Part shown: one piece after another, positions 44,335 through 55,331 of the stretch
How the letters are laid out: each line of letters begins with the position of its first letter
Position numbering within the stretch: position 1 is the first letter of the stretch
Assembly: GCA_964551835.1 (NCBI GenBank)
Contig: CAZKEM010000092.1
Span: 1,598 to 65,597, forward strand
Source: an uncultured Acidimicrobiaceae bacterium
GTDB taxonomy: Bacteria; Actinomycetota; Acidimicrobiia; Acidimicrobiales; SZUA-35
Length of the DNA: 64,000 nt
Direction of reading: 5' to 3'
The notes under the pieces: generated by a model
The model's input: only the letters and a program-made list of their open reading frames with translations
Told to the model about the DNA's origin: nothing
Database searches by the model: none
Made by a program: the position numbers and the translations under genes

Positions 44335-45483
44335 CTACACAAACGAGTTGCCCCCCTGACGGGGAAGACAAACTCGTACTCGACCCCCAGGACCTTCGAA
44401 CAGTTCGACAAAGCCTCCATGAGCGACCGCTAAGGCGTTCGTGATTGACAGACCCAACCCGGCACGGCCAGTTCGGGAGTCATCTGCTTGGGTAAATCGT
44501 TCAAGCGCAGACGAAATAAACGCCCGCGAAAAGCCTTCACCCTGGTCAAGAACTTCGATCGTTACGTGCCCACCTGGTTCAGAACCTATAACCGAGGATT
44601 CTACCGAGGTTACGAAAATAACCGAATTGTGCGGAGCATGTCGAACTGCGTTGTCGAGGAGGTTCCGCCAGATACGACCTAGGGCGACGTCATCACCATT
44701 GATTACCAAAGGACCCGGAACCTCCGAACGAATTTCGACCACCTTGCCAGAGGCGACCGGGGCGACAGCGTCGATGGCTTCGTCGACCAATTCACCGAGG
44801 TCTAACGGTTCGAATCGAAGCGCCAAACTTCCAGAGTCAGCTCGAGCCAAAAGAAACAGATCGTCGACAAGCCGCTCCAACGCCAGAACATTCTGGCGGA
44901 TTGCCTTAAGGTGAATCCTTGAGGAGCCGACGTCATCCTGCAACGCATCGACGGATGCCAACATTGCCGCAAGCGGCGTTCGAAGATCATGGCTTAACGC
45001 CGTCACGACCGACAGTCGTTCGTTTTCGGCGATCTCACGTTCTGCTTCGGCCTGGGCCAGAGACCATGAGAGGCCATCGACCGAAGAGACGAGACGACCG
45101 ATTTCGCCCTTCCGTTCGATTCCCGTCGTGCCTCGATCGCCAGCTGCGACCTTGTCAATCGAAGCCACGACGCTTTGGAGATCTTTTGCCAACGGTCGAG
45201 AGACCCGCATGCCTACCCACAACATCGCCATGGCCGTTATTCCTGAAACGAACAGCGTGTAGCGGACCTCCCGACCTGACAATGTCATTGCTCCTGCACC
45301 AAGAACCGCTCCGATAATGCCGAGAATTGGGCCGACGAAGCCGATGGCTAACACCGAGGCTGACAGCGAAGACCGACGCAGGAGAGCTGGCAGCACTATG
45401 GCAATGGCGGCGCAGATACCAACCATCATTACGACAAAGAGCGCTACGGATGGCCCTTCATCCATCGGTGCTGCAACGATCAT
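44335..45483 (-). CDS. two-component sensor histidine kinase
   Basis: H-box LSHDLRTPLAAM, N-box LLDNAVRHAP, DQGEGF, GLGLSI. Two N-terminal TM helices plus a HAMP-like linker. ATG 45483 overlaps the regulator stop (ATGA). The ORF upstream extension was rejected. Confidence 0.85.
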   Translation of the reverse strand: MIVAAPMDEGPSVALFVVMMVGICAAIAIVLPALLRRSSLSASVLAIGFVGPILGIIGAVLGAGAMTLSGREVRYTLFVSGITAMAMLWVGMRVSRPLAKDLQSVVASIDKVAAGDRGTTGIERKGEIGRLVSSVDGLSWSLAQAEAEREIAENERLSVVTALSHDLRTPLAAMLASVDALQDDVGSSRIHLKAIRQNVLALERLVDDLFLLARADSGSLALRFEPLDLGELVDEAIDAVAPVASGKVVEIRSEVPGPLVINGDDVALGRIWRNLLDNAVRHAPHNSVIFVTSVESSVIGSEPGGHVTIEVLDQGEGFSRAFISSALERFTQADDSRTGRAGLGLSITNALAVAHGGFVELFEGPGGRVRVCLPRQGGNSFV

Positions 45484-46208
45484 GAATCGAATCTGTAGCC
45501 GACACCGTAGACCGTCATAATATGACGAGGTGCCCCTGGGTCTTGTTCTATGAGTCTTCGCAGCCGGCGAATATGAACCGTAACCGTCCCTGGGTCTTGC
45601 CATTCTGGGCTCGAGCCCCAGACCTGGCGCAACAAATCGGACCTTGTCATGACTTCACTTGGCTTCGAGGCCAACTCGACGAGCAGGTCAAACTCTTTTG
45701 GCCGAAGTGAAATCTGAGAGCCAGCACGACTAACGGTCCGGGCCACAACATCTATTTCGATGTCGGCGAACGTTAGCACCGTCGCAGTTTCGGGTTTTAG
45801 ACGACGCATGACGGCTCGCACACGAGCTGATATCTCTCGAGGAGACGCCGGCTTTGCCACATAGTCATCCGCTCCTAAGTCGAGCCCGGCGACTCGGTCT
45901 GGCTCGCCGCCCCGGGCACTTAGGACGATAACGGGGGTGTCGGCCCCGCCGCTACGGAGTTCAGATAGCACTTCGATGCCGCTTTTTTCTGGCAGCATCA
46001 AGTCGAGCACGATCACATCTGGACGTTCGGCGTAGAACTTTAAGAGCGCCTGCTTCCCATCGCTGGCCGTGATGACATCAAACCCGTCTCGCTCGAGGTA
46101 GCTCGCTATGACCGAACACACCTGCTCCTCGTCATCGACTACAAGCACGCAACGACGTGTTCTGAGATCTCCGGCGTCTTTAACTGTCTCTGGCTCAGCG
46201 GGTTCCAT
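45480..46208 (-). CDS. OmpR-family two-component response regulator
   Basis: Receiver VLVVDDEEQ...VIVLDLMLPEKSG. wHTH KEFDLLVELA...VHIRRLRRLIE...VYGVGYRF. ATG 46208 with AGGAAA upstream. Confidence 0.85.
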   Translation of the reverse strand: MEPAEPETVKDAGDLRTRRCVLVVDDEEQVCSVIASYLERDGFDVITASDGKQALLKFYAERPDVIVLDLMLPEKSGIEVLSELRSGGADTPVIVLSARGGEPDRVAGLDLGADDYVAKPASPREISARVRAVMRRLKPETATVLTFADIEIDVVARTVSRAGSQISLRPKEFDLLVELASKPSEVMTRSDLLRQVWGSSPEWQDPGTVTVHIRRLRRLIEQDPGAPRHIMTVYGVGYRFDS

Positions 46209-46234
46209 TGTTTTCCTAACACCTGTTGCATGTC

Positions 46235-46777
46235 TCACATTTCGTACCTTTGGATTGTTTTCACAAATCCGGGCAGCTTTGGTAGGACCATAGCGACAGA
46301 ATCTGCACAGACAGGCCTCCCGGCGAGCCAAGTAGGCAGATCTTCAACTGACACCCTTTTGCTTTGCTGGACCTCTCGGTCAACAAAACTGAGTGGCCCG
46401 TTGTACCTAACGGCGTAGATCGACCCGACAACGGCCAAATGTGCATCGTAATATGTTTCTTGGCCTAGAAATGTGAGTTCCTGGGCGACGATGCCGGCCT
46501 CTTCAGCCAGTTCTCGCTCAGCGGCTTTTAGGCGATCTTCGCCCACATCGCACACTCCGCCGAACGCCAAGTCCCAAATGCCAGCATTGATATCTTTCGA
46601 GTCAGATCGCTGGTGAACCACTAGCTCTGGTTCGGCTACCGAACCCGCAAGGACCGCCACGTATACCGACCTGTGAGGCAAATTTTGAGTCCTCATCTCC
46701 GAGCGGGTCACAACGCGTAGAACGGACCCATCGGAGTCGGCTACTTCTACTAGCTCCTTCGATACGTCCGTTCCCAC
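46235..46777 (-). CDS. NUDIX hydrolase
   Basis: 180 aa. Nudix box GGVCDVGEDRLKAAERELAEEAGI. GTG start with GAGGAGAGG upstream. Confidence 0.75.
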   Translation of the reverse strand: MGTDVSKELVEVADSDGSVLRVVTRSEMRTQNLPHRSVYVAVLAGSVAEPELVVHQRSDSKDINAGIWDLAFGGVCDVGEDRLKAAERELAEEAGIVAQELTFLGQETYYDAHLAVVGSIYAVRYNGPLSFVDREVQQSKRVSVEDLPTWLAGRPVCADSVAMVLPKLPGFVKTIQRYEM

Positions 46778-46807
46778 TGCCTCTCCTCATTTACTAATGT
46801 TCAGATG

Positions 46808-47434
46808 TCAACCAATCGCCGTCGTTACCGCATCGGCGTCAAACCGGTCCCAGCGTTGGAGTTCTTCTCCAGACGAATCCAGTAGGATCGCCGTGTGCCG
46901 ACCTGTAACCTCATAGGCCTTCCAGATATCTCCTCCTTGGGACCAAACCAGATCTGCCGCCTCGGTTTGTGCTCCCTCTTGGAAGCTGACGGCTAATTCT
47001 TCTGTGTCTTGGGTTCCGACTCCGACCACTCGAACTTTGTCTGCGTTAAGTGAAGCTAACTGCTCCACGTCAGGCGCTTGGGCCTGGCAGCTGGCTCAAT
47101 GTGGGAAGTAGAACCAAAGTAAGACCGGAGTGTCCCCGCCGGAGAGAAATTCGTCAAACTTCACGTTTTGACTGTCGTTCAGGCTTAAGACCTCAACAGC
47201 AGGAAACGAAGACTCCCCAGGCGACTCGGCACCAGAACCGTCATCCGCGCTTGGGCTCGGGCTTGAATTTGGCGCAGGATCTGTGCCCGCATCGGCTGCG
47301 GTTTCAGATCCACCGCAACTGGCAGCGACGAGTGCAGTCGATACGACGAGGGCGGCAAAGACACGGCGCTTCGACTTGGCTGGCTCGCCACGCGGTTGGA
47401 TGCCCTGGGTTTCAGGTTTCATAGAAGAGTCCAT
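46808..47434 (-). CDS. thioredoxin-fold thiol:disulfide oxidoreductase-like lipoprotein, predicted selenoprotein (U-x-x-C)
   Basis: Track ORFs 47096..47434 and 46808..47068 share one frame and are separated only by TGA at 47098..47096. Read-through gives VLLWFYFPH-U-ASC-QAQAPDVEQLASLNADKVRVVGVG...HTAILLDSSGEEL, a TlpA/ResA-like layout with the TGA at the first Cys of CxxC. Lipobox ALVAASC near the N-terminus. Confidence 0.7.
47059..47098 (-). promoter_or_regulatory. in-frame UGA plus candidate SECIS stem-loop of the redoxin-like gene
   Basis: UGA GCCA GCUGC CAGGC [CCAAGC] GCCUG ACGUGGA GCAGU. Two stacked 5-bp stems begin 5 nt after the UGA. Confidence 0.45.
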
Positions 47435-47576
47435 TCGTTAGATAACTACAGTATTGTCTGCCAAATTCCCAAACAGACCAAAAACTTATTAACGTCTAAT
47501 AAATTCGAAAGCTGAATCTAGATTACACAACCCACTCAAGTATTGTTGTCAGTACCTACAGAACGACATTGAGGCA

Positions 47577-49151
47577 ATGGCAAAGAAACCCCCAATATTC
47601 GACTCCCGCCTTGTAGGAGCGGCTGCCGCCGTCGCTTCTATGGGTTCCGCCGAGCTTCTAGCTGCAGCAATGCGCCCCCACCCTGGGCCGGTGGTCGCCG
47701 TCAGCGCTCGGGTGGTCGCCTACGCTCCAACATGGTTTGTTGATCTCGGAAAGACGTTGTTTGGGTTTTCGGACAAGGTGGCGTTGTTGATCGGGACGGC
47801 GATCCTGACCGTTGTGATCGGTTCGCTGCTGGGCAAGCTGGGGCGAGAACGCATGGACTGGGCTCTTGTAGGAATTGGAGTGATGCAAGCAATCGGCTTC
47901 GCGTCAATGGTGAGCGATGACAATGGAACAGCCGGAACATCGATGTTTCTCACCATCGCAGGAACGTTGGCCGGCGTCATCGTCTTTGTGGTTCTGATGG
48001 GCCTAATCACGCCAATCCGTAAGCCTGCCGACGGCCAGGGCTCAGAGATATCCCCGACCAACCCCCCGGTTGGTCGCCGCACGTTTCTGGCTGCCGCCGG
48101 CGTTGTCACTGCGTCGGGCGCAATCATGGGCGTTGGTGGAACCCAGCTCCGAGATCGGGGCTCGGCAAACACGACGGCTACCGGGGCGTCTTTTCCACCA
48201 TCGCCTGACGCCAAAGCGGTCGACTCGCTTGTCGAAGAAGCAAACGGGTCGGTTGTCGGGCTGACCGAGAGTATTACCCCAGCTGTGGTACCCAACGACG
48301 ACTACTATCGGATAGATACTGCGCTGTTCGTCCCGAGTATCAACGCCCGCGACTGGTCGCTGACCATAGATGGTTTGGTCGATAACCCTCTGACGTTATC
48401 TTATGACGAACTCGTAGAACGTTCCACGACAATCAAACCGGTTACCCTGTCGTGCGTATCAAATGAGGTGGGCGGGCCGTTGGTTGGCAACGCTGTTTGG
48501 CAGGGAGTACCGTTACAGGATCTCTTGGAAGAAGTAGGAGTGAAGCCCGAAGCTACCCAAGTCGCTAGCTTTGCCGACAATTGGTCATGTGGGTTTCCGA
48601 CCGCAGCACTCGATGATGATAGGACAGCTCTCGTCGCTGTTGGGATGAACGGCGAGCCGCTGCCCAACCAACATGGTTTCCCGGCTCGATTAGTTGTTTC
48701 TGGGCTCTATGGCTACGTGTCAGCCACCAAGTGGCTCAGGCGGATCGAACTGACTACTCTGGAAGACTTCGATGGGTTTTGGATCGACAAGGGTTGGGCC
48801 AAGATCGCTCCGGTCAAGACCCAGGCCCGGATCGACGTTCCCTTCCCGTCACAAGAGTTCGACGGTTCGAGCCCGATCGATATCGCCGGGGTCGCATGGG
48901 CGCCCAACATCGGCGTCGAACGGGTCGAGATCCAAGTCGACTCCGGACCATGGATTGAGGCAGAACTCGGGACCAGCTTGGGCCCTGACGCATGGCGTCA
49001 ATGGCGGGTGAAATGGGAAGGCGAACCTGGCGAACATGTGGTGCAGGTGCGGGCGACGCGGGCTGACGGCGAAGTTCAAACAGGAGATGTTGCCGAGCCA
49101 GCGCCCGACGGGGCGACAGGGTGGCATTCCCGTAGGTTCATCTCGTTCTAA
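47577..49151 (+). CDS. molybdopterin-dependent oxidoreductase (sulfite-oxidase family) with N-terminal membrane domain
   Basis: 524 aa. About 4 TM helices, then a Moco domain (LTLSCVSNEVGGPLVGNAVWQGVPLQDLL, GFPARLVVSGLYGYVSATKWLRRIEL) and an Ig-like dimerisation-type C-terminus. Confidence 0.8.
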   Translation: MAKKPPIFDSRLVGAAAAVASMGSAELLAAAMRPHPGPVVAVSARVVAYAPTWFVDLGKTLFGFSDKVALLIGTAILTVVIGSLLGKLGRERMDWALVGIGVMQAIGFASMVSDDNGTAGTSMFLTIAGTLAGVIVFVVLMGLITPIRKPADGQGSEISPTNPPVGRRTFLAAAGVVTASGAIMGVGGTQLRDRGSANTTATGASFPPSPDAKAVDSLVEEANGSVVGLTESITPAVVPNDDYYRIDTALFVPSINARDWSLTIDGLVDNPLTLSYDELVERSTTIKPVTLSCVSNEVGGPLVGNAVWQGVPLQDLLEEVGVKPEATQVASFADNWSCGFPTAALDDDRTALVAVGMNGEPLPNQHGFPARLVVSGLYGYVSATKWLRRIELTTLEDFDGFWIDKGWAKIAPVKTQARIDVPFPSQEFDGSSPIDIAGVAWAPNIGVERVEIQVDSGPWIEAELGTSLGPDAWRQWRVKWEGEPGEHVVQVRATRADGEVQTGDVAEPAPDGATGWHSRRFISF

Positions 49152-49427
49152 GTCCTAAATATTTGGCGCAATCAACCACTCACATCCGTAGGCGACTATA
49201 AGCATCCGCCTACATTGCCACAGCATGTTCCAGTTTGACTTTGACGCCTCCAGCGCCTTCTGAAAGAAATTTCTTGGAGCTCATTTCCGCAACAATCCGG
49301 GCAGCCCTCGCTTCAATAGAGGTACAAATTAGGTTGCCAATAGAAGCATATACACGCCCCAGGAACCTCCTCCCAGCAATTCAAAGATCTTTCGATATAA
49401 GATTCACTCAATAAGAAAGGTCACCAA

Positions 49428-50777
49428 ATGAAATCGATCCTATCGCCTGTATTAGCAGGTGTAAGCTTGCTTGTTGTTGGCGCAATAATAGTCAACTCCA
49501 TCATCAATGGAGAACAGCTAGTGATCAAGTTTCTCGTGACCATAGTAGTTGCAGCGCTCGGCCTGTATATCATCAGCGATCTCCGTCTCCGCCGAACAGA
49601 GAATTCGGCGATCCTGGCAAACCAGTCATCATCAGTCGACTCTACTCCGCAGACAGAATCAGGACCAGCCAAAATGCCTATCATCCGATCCAAGATCGCG
49701 GAGACAGTCATGTCTCCTCCATCGAATAGCACCGCCGCCTTTATGGCCGACATGAACAAAACCAAAGAACGCGACCTCGCCTCTTCCAAAGATAGAAGCT
49801 ATTCGACGATGAGTCGGATCGACCAGAAGCGACGGGCATCGTCAGACACCAACAAGGAAAAGGGCGCCCCCCCGACAGCTAACCTGAGGGCCAAACGTTC
49901 GGGCACGCAAGCTAAGGATGTGACCCCACCTCAGGAAGAGGAGATCCTGGTCGTCGAAACCGACCTAGACGCACCCTTGGATACCGTCCGAATCTCGTCG
50001 CCAATTGAGGAACTGCAGCCGAGTGAGGCAGGCGGGTTGGAGAATGCCAAGGCCGAAGTCAACGAAGATCTAACGTCGATTCTTTCAATTCCAACCGACT
50101 TGGAAACAGATGAGGACAACTTCGACGAAGCTGAAAGTTTGGTCTACGGTGACGATCTCAGCGAAGCCAACGTGTCAGACGGCTCAGAAAAGCTCCGCGA
50201 TGGCTACTCTCTCGTAGCGGACAGCCCCGAGGAAGACCCCGGATCCAATATTGACGACGATGACCCAACCGTTGTGGGCCCTCCAAATGATGAGAACCCG
50301 GCCGATGAAACTGTTGAAGCGTCCACTCCTGAACGGCGCCGATTCGCTCCAGAAGACATCCGTATCGAAGATCTACGCTCAGTCGACTTTGAAAAGATCG
50401 GGAAGCCGAGACAGACGGTCGAACAGGCCACCAACACAACACCGACGTCGAAATCTAGCACATCGCTGTCGGCCGTCAATAGCGCTATCGCCGACGGGGA
50501 ACGCTCGATCATCAGTTCGCTGATGGATCGTGGAGTTCTCTCCGTCGAAGGGCCAATTACAAACGAAGACGTGACAACGATGATTTATGTAGCTTTTACG
50601 TCCTCAGAACTCCGATCATTATTGAACAAAGGCGGCACAATCGATGGCGTCAATGGCGAGATAAGCTTGGCTGGGCTAGGTATTTACACAACGGATGACC
50701 TCGAAGAGAACGATCAGTTTTTAGTTGCAGGACCCGACGAGGCAATCAGCCAGCTCAAAACACAAGCTGGCACCTAA
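49428..50777 (+). CDS. hypothetical membrane-anchored acidic protein
   Basis: 449 aa. Two N-terminal TM helices, a long Asp/Glu/Ser-rich disordered region, and a small structured-looking C-terminus. AAGAAAGG upstream of the ATG. Confidence 0.55.
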   Translation: MKSILSPVLAGVSLLVVGAIIVNSIINGEQLVIKFLVTIVVAALGLYIISDLRLRRTENSAILANQSSSVDSTPQTESGPAKMPIIRSKIAETVMSPPSNSTAAFMADMNKTKERDLASSKDRSYSTMSRIDQKRRASSDTNKEKGAPPTANLRAKRSGTQAKDVTPPQEEEILVVETDLDAPLDTVRISSPIEELQPSEAGGLENAKAEVNEDLTSILSIPTDLETDEDNFDEAESLVYGDDLSEANVSDGSEKLRDGYSLVADSPEEDPGSNIDDDDPTVVGPPNDENPADETVEASTPERRRFAPEDIRIEDLRSVDFEKIGKPRQTVEQATNTTPTSKSSTSLSAVNSAIADGERSIISSLMDRGVLSVEGPITNEDVTTMIYVAFTSSELRSLLNKGGTIDGVNGEISLAGLGIYTTDDLEENDQFLVAGPDEAISQLKTQAGT

Positions 50778-50793
50778 ATACTCCGGGTGGAGA

Positions 50794-53700
50794 CTACAAC
50801 ATCACTGGAGCAAGCCAACGTCGCGTTTCGTCGACTGTCGACCCTTTACGTTTCGCGTAGTCAAGCAACTGGTCTTCACCAACTCGACGAACACCGAAGT
50901 AGCGGCTTTCGGGGTGGGAGAAATACAGACCACTAACAGCGGCTGCGGGAAACATGGCAAAGCTCTCGGTAAGGGTGAGGCCAATCCGGTCTTCCGCCTC
51001 GAGCATTTCGAAAATCGTACCTTTCTCGGTATGGTCTGGACACGCCGGGTATCCCGGCGCTGGTCTAATACCCTGGTACTTCTCTTTTATTAGCTCTGCG
51101 TTTGTGAACTGTTCTGATTGATAACCCCAGAGTTCAGTTCGCACCTTATGGTGTAAATATTCAGCGCTAGCTTCAGCCAATCGATCGGCTATCGACTTGA
51201 CCATAATCGACCGATAGTCATCGTCGTCCTCTTCAAACCGTTTGGCTTCGGAGTCGACGCCCTTCCCAGTCGTCACAGCGAAGGCGCCAATGTAGTCTGC
51301 TTCAGGACCTTCCGACGGCGCTACGAAGTCAGCCAAAGCGTAATTCGGCCTGCCGCCTTTTTGTTCGACCTGTTGCCGCAAGGTATGAATCTTCCTGAAC
51401 GGCCTACCAGCGGAATCAAACAGTTGAATATCATCGCCAACAGCAGCGGCCGGCCAGAAGCCTACAACGGCACGCGATTCGAGCCAGTCGCTAGCGAGCA
51501 TGTCATTCAACATGGACTTCCCGTCAGTGAACACACTGGTTGCGGCCTCGCCAACAACTTCGTCTGTCAAGATTTTCGGGTACGAACCAGCTAGATCCCA
51601 TGTCCGGAAGAAGGGTGACCAGTCTATAAAGTCAACCAGCTCGTGAACATCGATCTCAAACGTCTTGACCCCCGTGAACGTCGGCTTAGTAGGGACAAAA
51701 CCATTCCAGTCAATCGGGACTCGGTTGGCTCTAGCTTCGTCGAGCGGAGTGGTCTTTGTGCCGCTGCCATTCTTACGGGCGGTCCGCACGTTTTCGTAGT
51801 CTTCTGAAACGCCTGCTTTGAACTTTTCTTGCTCATCGCCGACCAGGTCCGAAATTACTCCGACCGCGAGGGATGCATCGGAAACGTGAACGACGCTGTT
51901 ACTGTAGGCCTCGTCGATTCGAACCGCGGTGTGAACACGGCTGGTCGTGGCGCCGCCAATCAGGAGCGGCACGGTCATCTCGCGAGATTCCATCTGTTCA
52001 GCGACGTGGACCATCTCGTCCAAGCTTGGCGTAATCAAGCCCGAAACACCGATGATGTCTGCGTCGTGTTCGACCGCCGCGTCCAAGATCTTGTCTGCGG
52101 GTACCATCACGCCGAGGTCGATCACTTCATAGTTGTTACAGCGAAGCACGACACCGACGATATTTTTACCAATGTCGTGCACGTCGCCTTTCGCTGTCGC
52201 CATGATAACCACCGCCGCTGAGTCTGCTGACGAACCCTCTGAGGCCACGAATGGTTCGAGGTGGGCCACCGCCTTTTTCATTACGCGGGCGCTCTTAACG
52301 ACCTGAGGCAAAAACATCTTGCCTGCACCGAACAGTTCGCCGACCTTGTTCATACCGTCCATCAGTGGACCTTCGATCACGTCGAGCGCTCTGGATGCGC
52401 CAACCCTAGCCTCTTCGGTATCTTCGACAACGTAGGTGTCGAGACCTTTGACCAACGCGTGGGCGATCCGTTGTTCTACCGGCTCTTCGCGCCAACTGAG
52501 ATCTTTGGCCTGGGCTTTCGCTGATGACTTAGCCTCGCTTGCGATGTCGATTAGCCGCTCGGTCGCATCATCCCGGCGGTTGAACAGCACGTCTTCAATT
52601 CGTTCTCGAAGTTCTTCTGGAACGTCTTCGTATACGGGGAGCCTGCCAGCGTTTACTATCGCCATCGACATTTTGACCTTGACGGCGTGGTATAGAAATA
52701 CTGCGTTCATCGACTCCCGAAGTGGGTTGTTGCCCCTGAAAGAAAACGAGAGGTTGCTCACTCCACCCGATACCTGGGTAAGCGGCATCTCGGTTCGTAT
52801 TCGCTCGGTGGCATCGAGAAACGCTTTGCCGTAGTTTGCATGTTCTTCAATGCCGGTTGCGACCGCAAAAATGTTCGGGTCGAAGATCATGTCTTCAGGT
52901 GCGAAGTCGAGTCGGTCGACCAGAAGGTCGTGAGACCGTTTACATATCTCGTACTTGTGTTCAGCTGTTTCGGCCTGTCCTGATTCGTCGAACGCCATAA
53001 TGACCACGGCGGCACCGTAGCGCTGAGCTTTCTTCGCATGTTCGAGAAATTGTTCTTCACCTTCTTTGAGGCTGATCGAATTGACGATCCCTTTACCCTG
53101 AACACATTGCAGACCCGCTTCGATCACGGACCATTTAGACGAGTCGATCATGAAGGGGACTCGAGCGATGTCGGGTTCGGTCGCGATCAAGTTGCAGTAG
53201 TGACGCATCGCGGCTTCTGAGTCGAGCAGGCCCTCGTCCATGTTGATGTCAATGACCTGCGCTCCGTTGTCGACTTGGTCGCGGGCGACCTCGACGGCAG
53301 CGTCGTAGTCCTGTTCCTTGATAAGGCGTGCGAACTTTGCCGACCCGGTAACGTTGGTCCGTTCCCCAACGTTTACCAACAACGAATCCGAGTCAATCGT
53401 CATTGGTTCCAGTCCGGACAGCCTGGTTGCCCGGGCGAGCGTCGGAATCGGACGGGCTGGGTATCTGCCAGCTACGTCTGCAATCGCCGCGATGTGGCCA
53501 GGTACAGTGCCACAGCAGCCACCGACCATGTTGAGCACTCCGTTGGCCGCTAACTCATCAATGACCGAGGCCATGTCCTCAGGACCTAGGTCGTAGCCGC
53601 CAAGGTCGTTAGGAAGTCCAGCGTTTGGGTGGCAGCTGATGGGAACGTCGGCGACTCGAGCAAGCTCGGTGATGTGGGCTTTGATTTCGCTTGGCCCCAA

Positions 53701-54456
53701 TGCACAATTGAGTCCGACAGCGATGGGTTTAGCGTGGGCGACGGAATTCCAAAACGCCTCTGGGGTCTGTCCAGACAATAACCGACCAGCTTGATCGGTT
53801 ATGGTTCCCGAGATCATCACGGGGATATCGTTTCCCGATTGCTCAACGAACTCGGCATGGGCGTAAATCGCTGCCTTAGCGTTGAGCGTGTCAAAGACCG
53901 TCTCGATGAGAATCACGTCTGCACCTCCATCGACTAAGGAAGTGATCGCTTCGGCATACGTCACTACCAACTCGGTGAATGTGATATTTCGATTCGCCGG
54001 ATCGTTGACGTCGGGCGAAAGACTGCAGGTGGCGCTGGTCGGACCTACCGCTCCAAGAACCCATCGACATCGACCGTCTTGGGCCGTCAGCTCGTCGGCA
54101 ACCTCTCGGGCGATCCGAGCTGAGTCTCGATTAAGGTCGCTGACGAGGTGTTGCGTCCCGTAGTCGGCTTGAGCAACAGAGTTTGAACTAAAGGTGTTTG
54201 TCGACGCAACGTCTGCGCCCGCGTCAAAAAAGGCTCGATGAATATCCTTGATAACATCTGGCCTGGTCAACGACAACATGTCGTTGTTACCGAACAAGTC
54301 ACTGGGGTGCTCGGCTAGCATGTCTCCGCGAAAATCGTCTTCGGTTAAGTCGCGCAGCTGGATGTTAGTTCCCATTGCACCATCGATGACGAGGATCCGT
54401 TTTGCTAACGCCTCGTGGAGCGCCTCACGTCGCTGCGCTGCGTTGAAAGATGCCAC
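50794..54456 (-). CDS. metH: cobalamin-dependent methionine synthase
   Basis: Hcy-binding and pterin-binding barrels, B12-binding [11 protein letters not shown] (DxHxxG), and a C-terminal AdoMet activation domain. GTG 54456 lies 2 nt after the metF stop. The ORF extension to 54594 overlaps metF and was rejected. Confidence 0.9.
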   Translation of the reverse strand: MASFNAAQRREALHEALAKRILVIDGAMGTNIQLRDLTEDDFRGDMLAEHPSDLFGNNDMLSLTRPDVIKDIHRAFFDAGADVASTNTFSSNSVAQADYGTQHLVSDLNRDSARIAREVADELTAQDGRCRWVLGAVGPTSATCSLSPDVNDPANRNITFTELVVTYAEAITSLVDGGADVILIETVFDTLNAKAAIYAHAEFVEQSGNDIPVMISGTITDQAGRLLSGQTPEAFWNSVAHAKPIAVGLNCALGPSEIKAHITELARVADVPISCHPNAGLPNDLGGYDLGPEDMASVIDELAANGVLNMVGGCCGTVPGHIAAIADVAGRYPARPIPTLARATRLSGLEPMTIDSDSLLVNVGERTNVTGSAKFARLIKEQDYDAAVEVARDQVDNGAQVIDINMDEGLLDSEAAMRHYCNLIATEPDIARVPFMIDSSKWSVIEAGLQCVQGKGIVNSISLKEGEEQFLEHAKKAQRYGAAVVIMAFDESGQAETAEHKYEICKRSHDLLVDRLDFAPEDMIFDPNIFAVATGIEEHANYGKAFLDATERIRTEMPLTQVSGGVSNLSFSFRGNNPLRESMNAVFLYHAVKVKMSMAIVNAGRLPVYEDVPEELRERIEDVLFNRRDDATERLIDIASEAKSSAKAQAKDLSWREEPVEQRIAHALVKGLDTYVVEDTEEARVGASRALDVIEGPLMDGMNKVGELFGAGKMFLPQVVKSARVMKKAVAHLEPFVASEGSSADSAAVVIMATAKGDVHDIGKNIVGVVLRCNNYEVIDLGVMVPADKILDAAVEHDADIIGVSGLITPSLDEMVHVAEQMESREMTVPLLIGGATTSRVHTAVRIDEAYSNSVVHVSDASLAVGVISDLVGDEQEKFKAGVSEDYENVRTARKNGSGTKTTPLDEARANRVPIDWNGFVPTKPTFTGVKTFEIDVHELVDFIDWSPFFRTWDLAGSYPKILTDEVVGEAATSVFTDGKSMLNDMLASDWLESRAVVGFWPAAAVGDDIQLFDSAGRPFRKIHTLRQQVEQKGGRPNYALADFVAPSEGPEADYIGAFAVTTGKGVDSEAKRFEEDDDDYRSIMVKSIADRLAEASAEYLHHKVRTELWGYQSEQFTNAELIKEKYQGIRPAPGYPACPDHTEKGTIFEMLEAEDRIGLTLTESFAMFPAAAVSGLYFSHPESRYFGVRRVGEDQLLDYAKRKGSTVDETRRWLAPVML

Positions 54457-54458
54457 TC

Positions 54459-55331
54459 TTACCTGCCCTTCAACGGGTTCGGGCCACCGGCGAGCTGACG
54501 CCAGACTGCGGTTGTCATTTCGCCACGATTCATCGTGTAGAAGTGAAATTGATTTACGCCATGTTCGATAAGATCCCGGCATTGGTCCACACAAATCGTG
54601 GTACCGATCATATTGGCCACGGTCCCGGCCGGATCAAGGCCTTCGAAGAGTGGAGGAATCCATGGTGGAATTTTCGCTCCACACCGGTCGGCAAAGACCG
54701 TATTTCGTTCCAGGTTTCCGATCGGGAGAATCCCCGGAATCAGCGGCAGGTCGATTCCCGCATTTGTGATGGCTTCCCGAAATCGATAGAAATCATTATT
54801 GTCGAGAAAAAACTGAGTCACTATGGTAGTTGCACCAGCATCAACTTTCTCTTTGAGGCTCTCGATATCGGCTTCGACTGACGCCGCCTTGGGGTGAACC
54901 TCCGGGTATCCGGCTACTGCAATATCCAGGTCAGCTCCCCCGGTCCGTGACCGGAGGCCTGCGACGAGTTCGGCCGCCGTTTCATATCCGCCTTGGAGTT
55001 CTGGCTGGTCAGCTGGTTGGTCGCCCCGGATGGCTACTAGCGACCGAACGCCCGCCTGGATGTAGTTGTCGACTACCTGGTGAACTTCTTCTTTACTTGC
55101 GCCAACACAGGTTATGTGACCGGCAACAGGAGGGTTACCGTCGACAGACAAACGTGTGACAACCGCTTCCGTTCGATTTCGCGTGCTGCCACCAGCGCCA
55201 TACGTGACGGTAAACAGTTCAGGCTTCAGTAACTGCAGGTTGGCGACTGCTTCGTCTAGGTTCTTGAGCCCCTTTGGTCCCTTTGGCGGATAGAACTCGC
55301 AGGAGAATGAAATCTCCGAGTCGATGTTCAT
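54459..55331 (-). CDS. metF: 5,10-methylenetetrahydrofolate reductase
   Basis: 290 aa. [31 protein letters not shown]. The start overlaps the upstream stop (ATGA). Confidence 0.9.
   Translation of the reverse strand: MNIDSEISFSCEFYPPKGPKGLKNLDEAVANLQLLKPELFTVTYGAGGSTRNRTEAVVTRLSVDGNPPVAGHITCVGASKEEVHQVVDNYIQAGVRSLVAIRGDQPADQPELQGGYETAAELVAGLRSRTGGADLDIAVAGYPEVHPKAASVEADIESLKEKVDAGATTIVTQFFLDNNDFYRFREAITNAGIDLPLIPGILPIGNLERNTVFADRCGAKIPPWIPPLFEGLDPAGTVANMIGTTICVDQCRDLIEHGVNQFHFYTMNRGEMTTAVWRQLAGGPNPLKGR

Noticed and set aside
54457-54594. Longest-ORF N-terminal extensions that overlap the upstream gene (metH here; likewise HK 45484..45603, RR 46209..46331, galU 60901..60948, pmbA 62744..62830, ABC-F 19476..19658)
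   Set aside because: In each case an internal start gives the family-typical N-terminus and a 0-8 nt junction or ATGA overlap with the preceding gene. The extensions look like random sequence.
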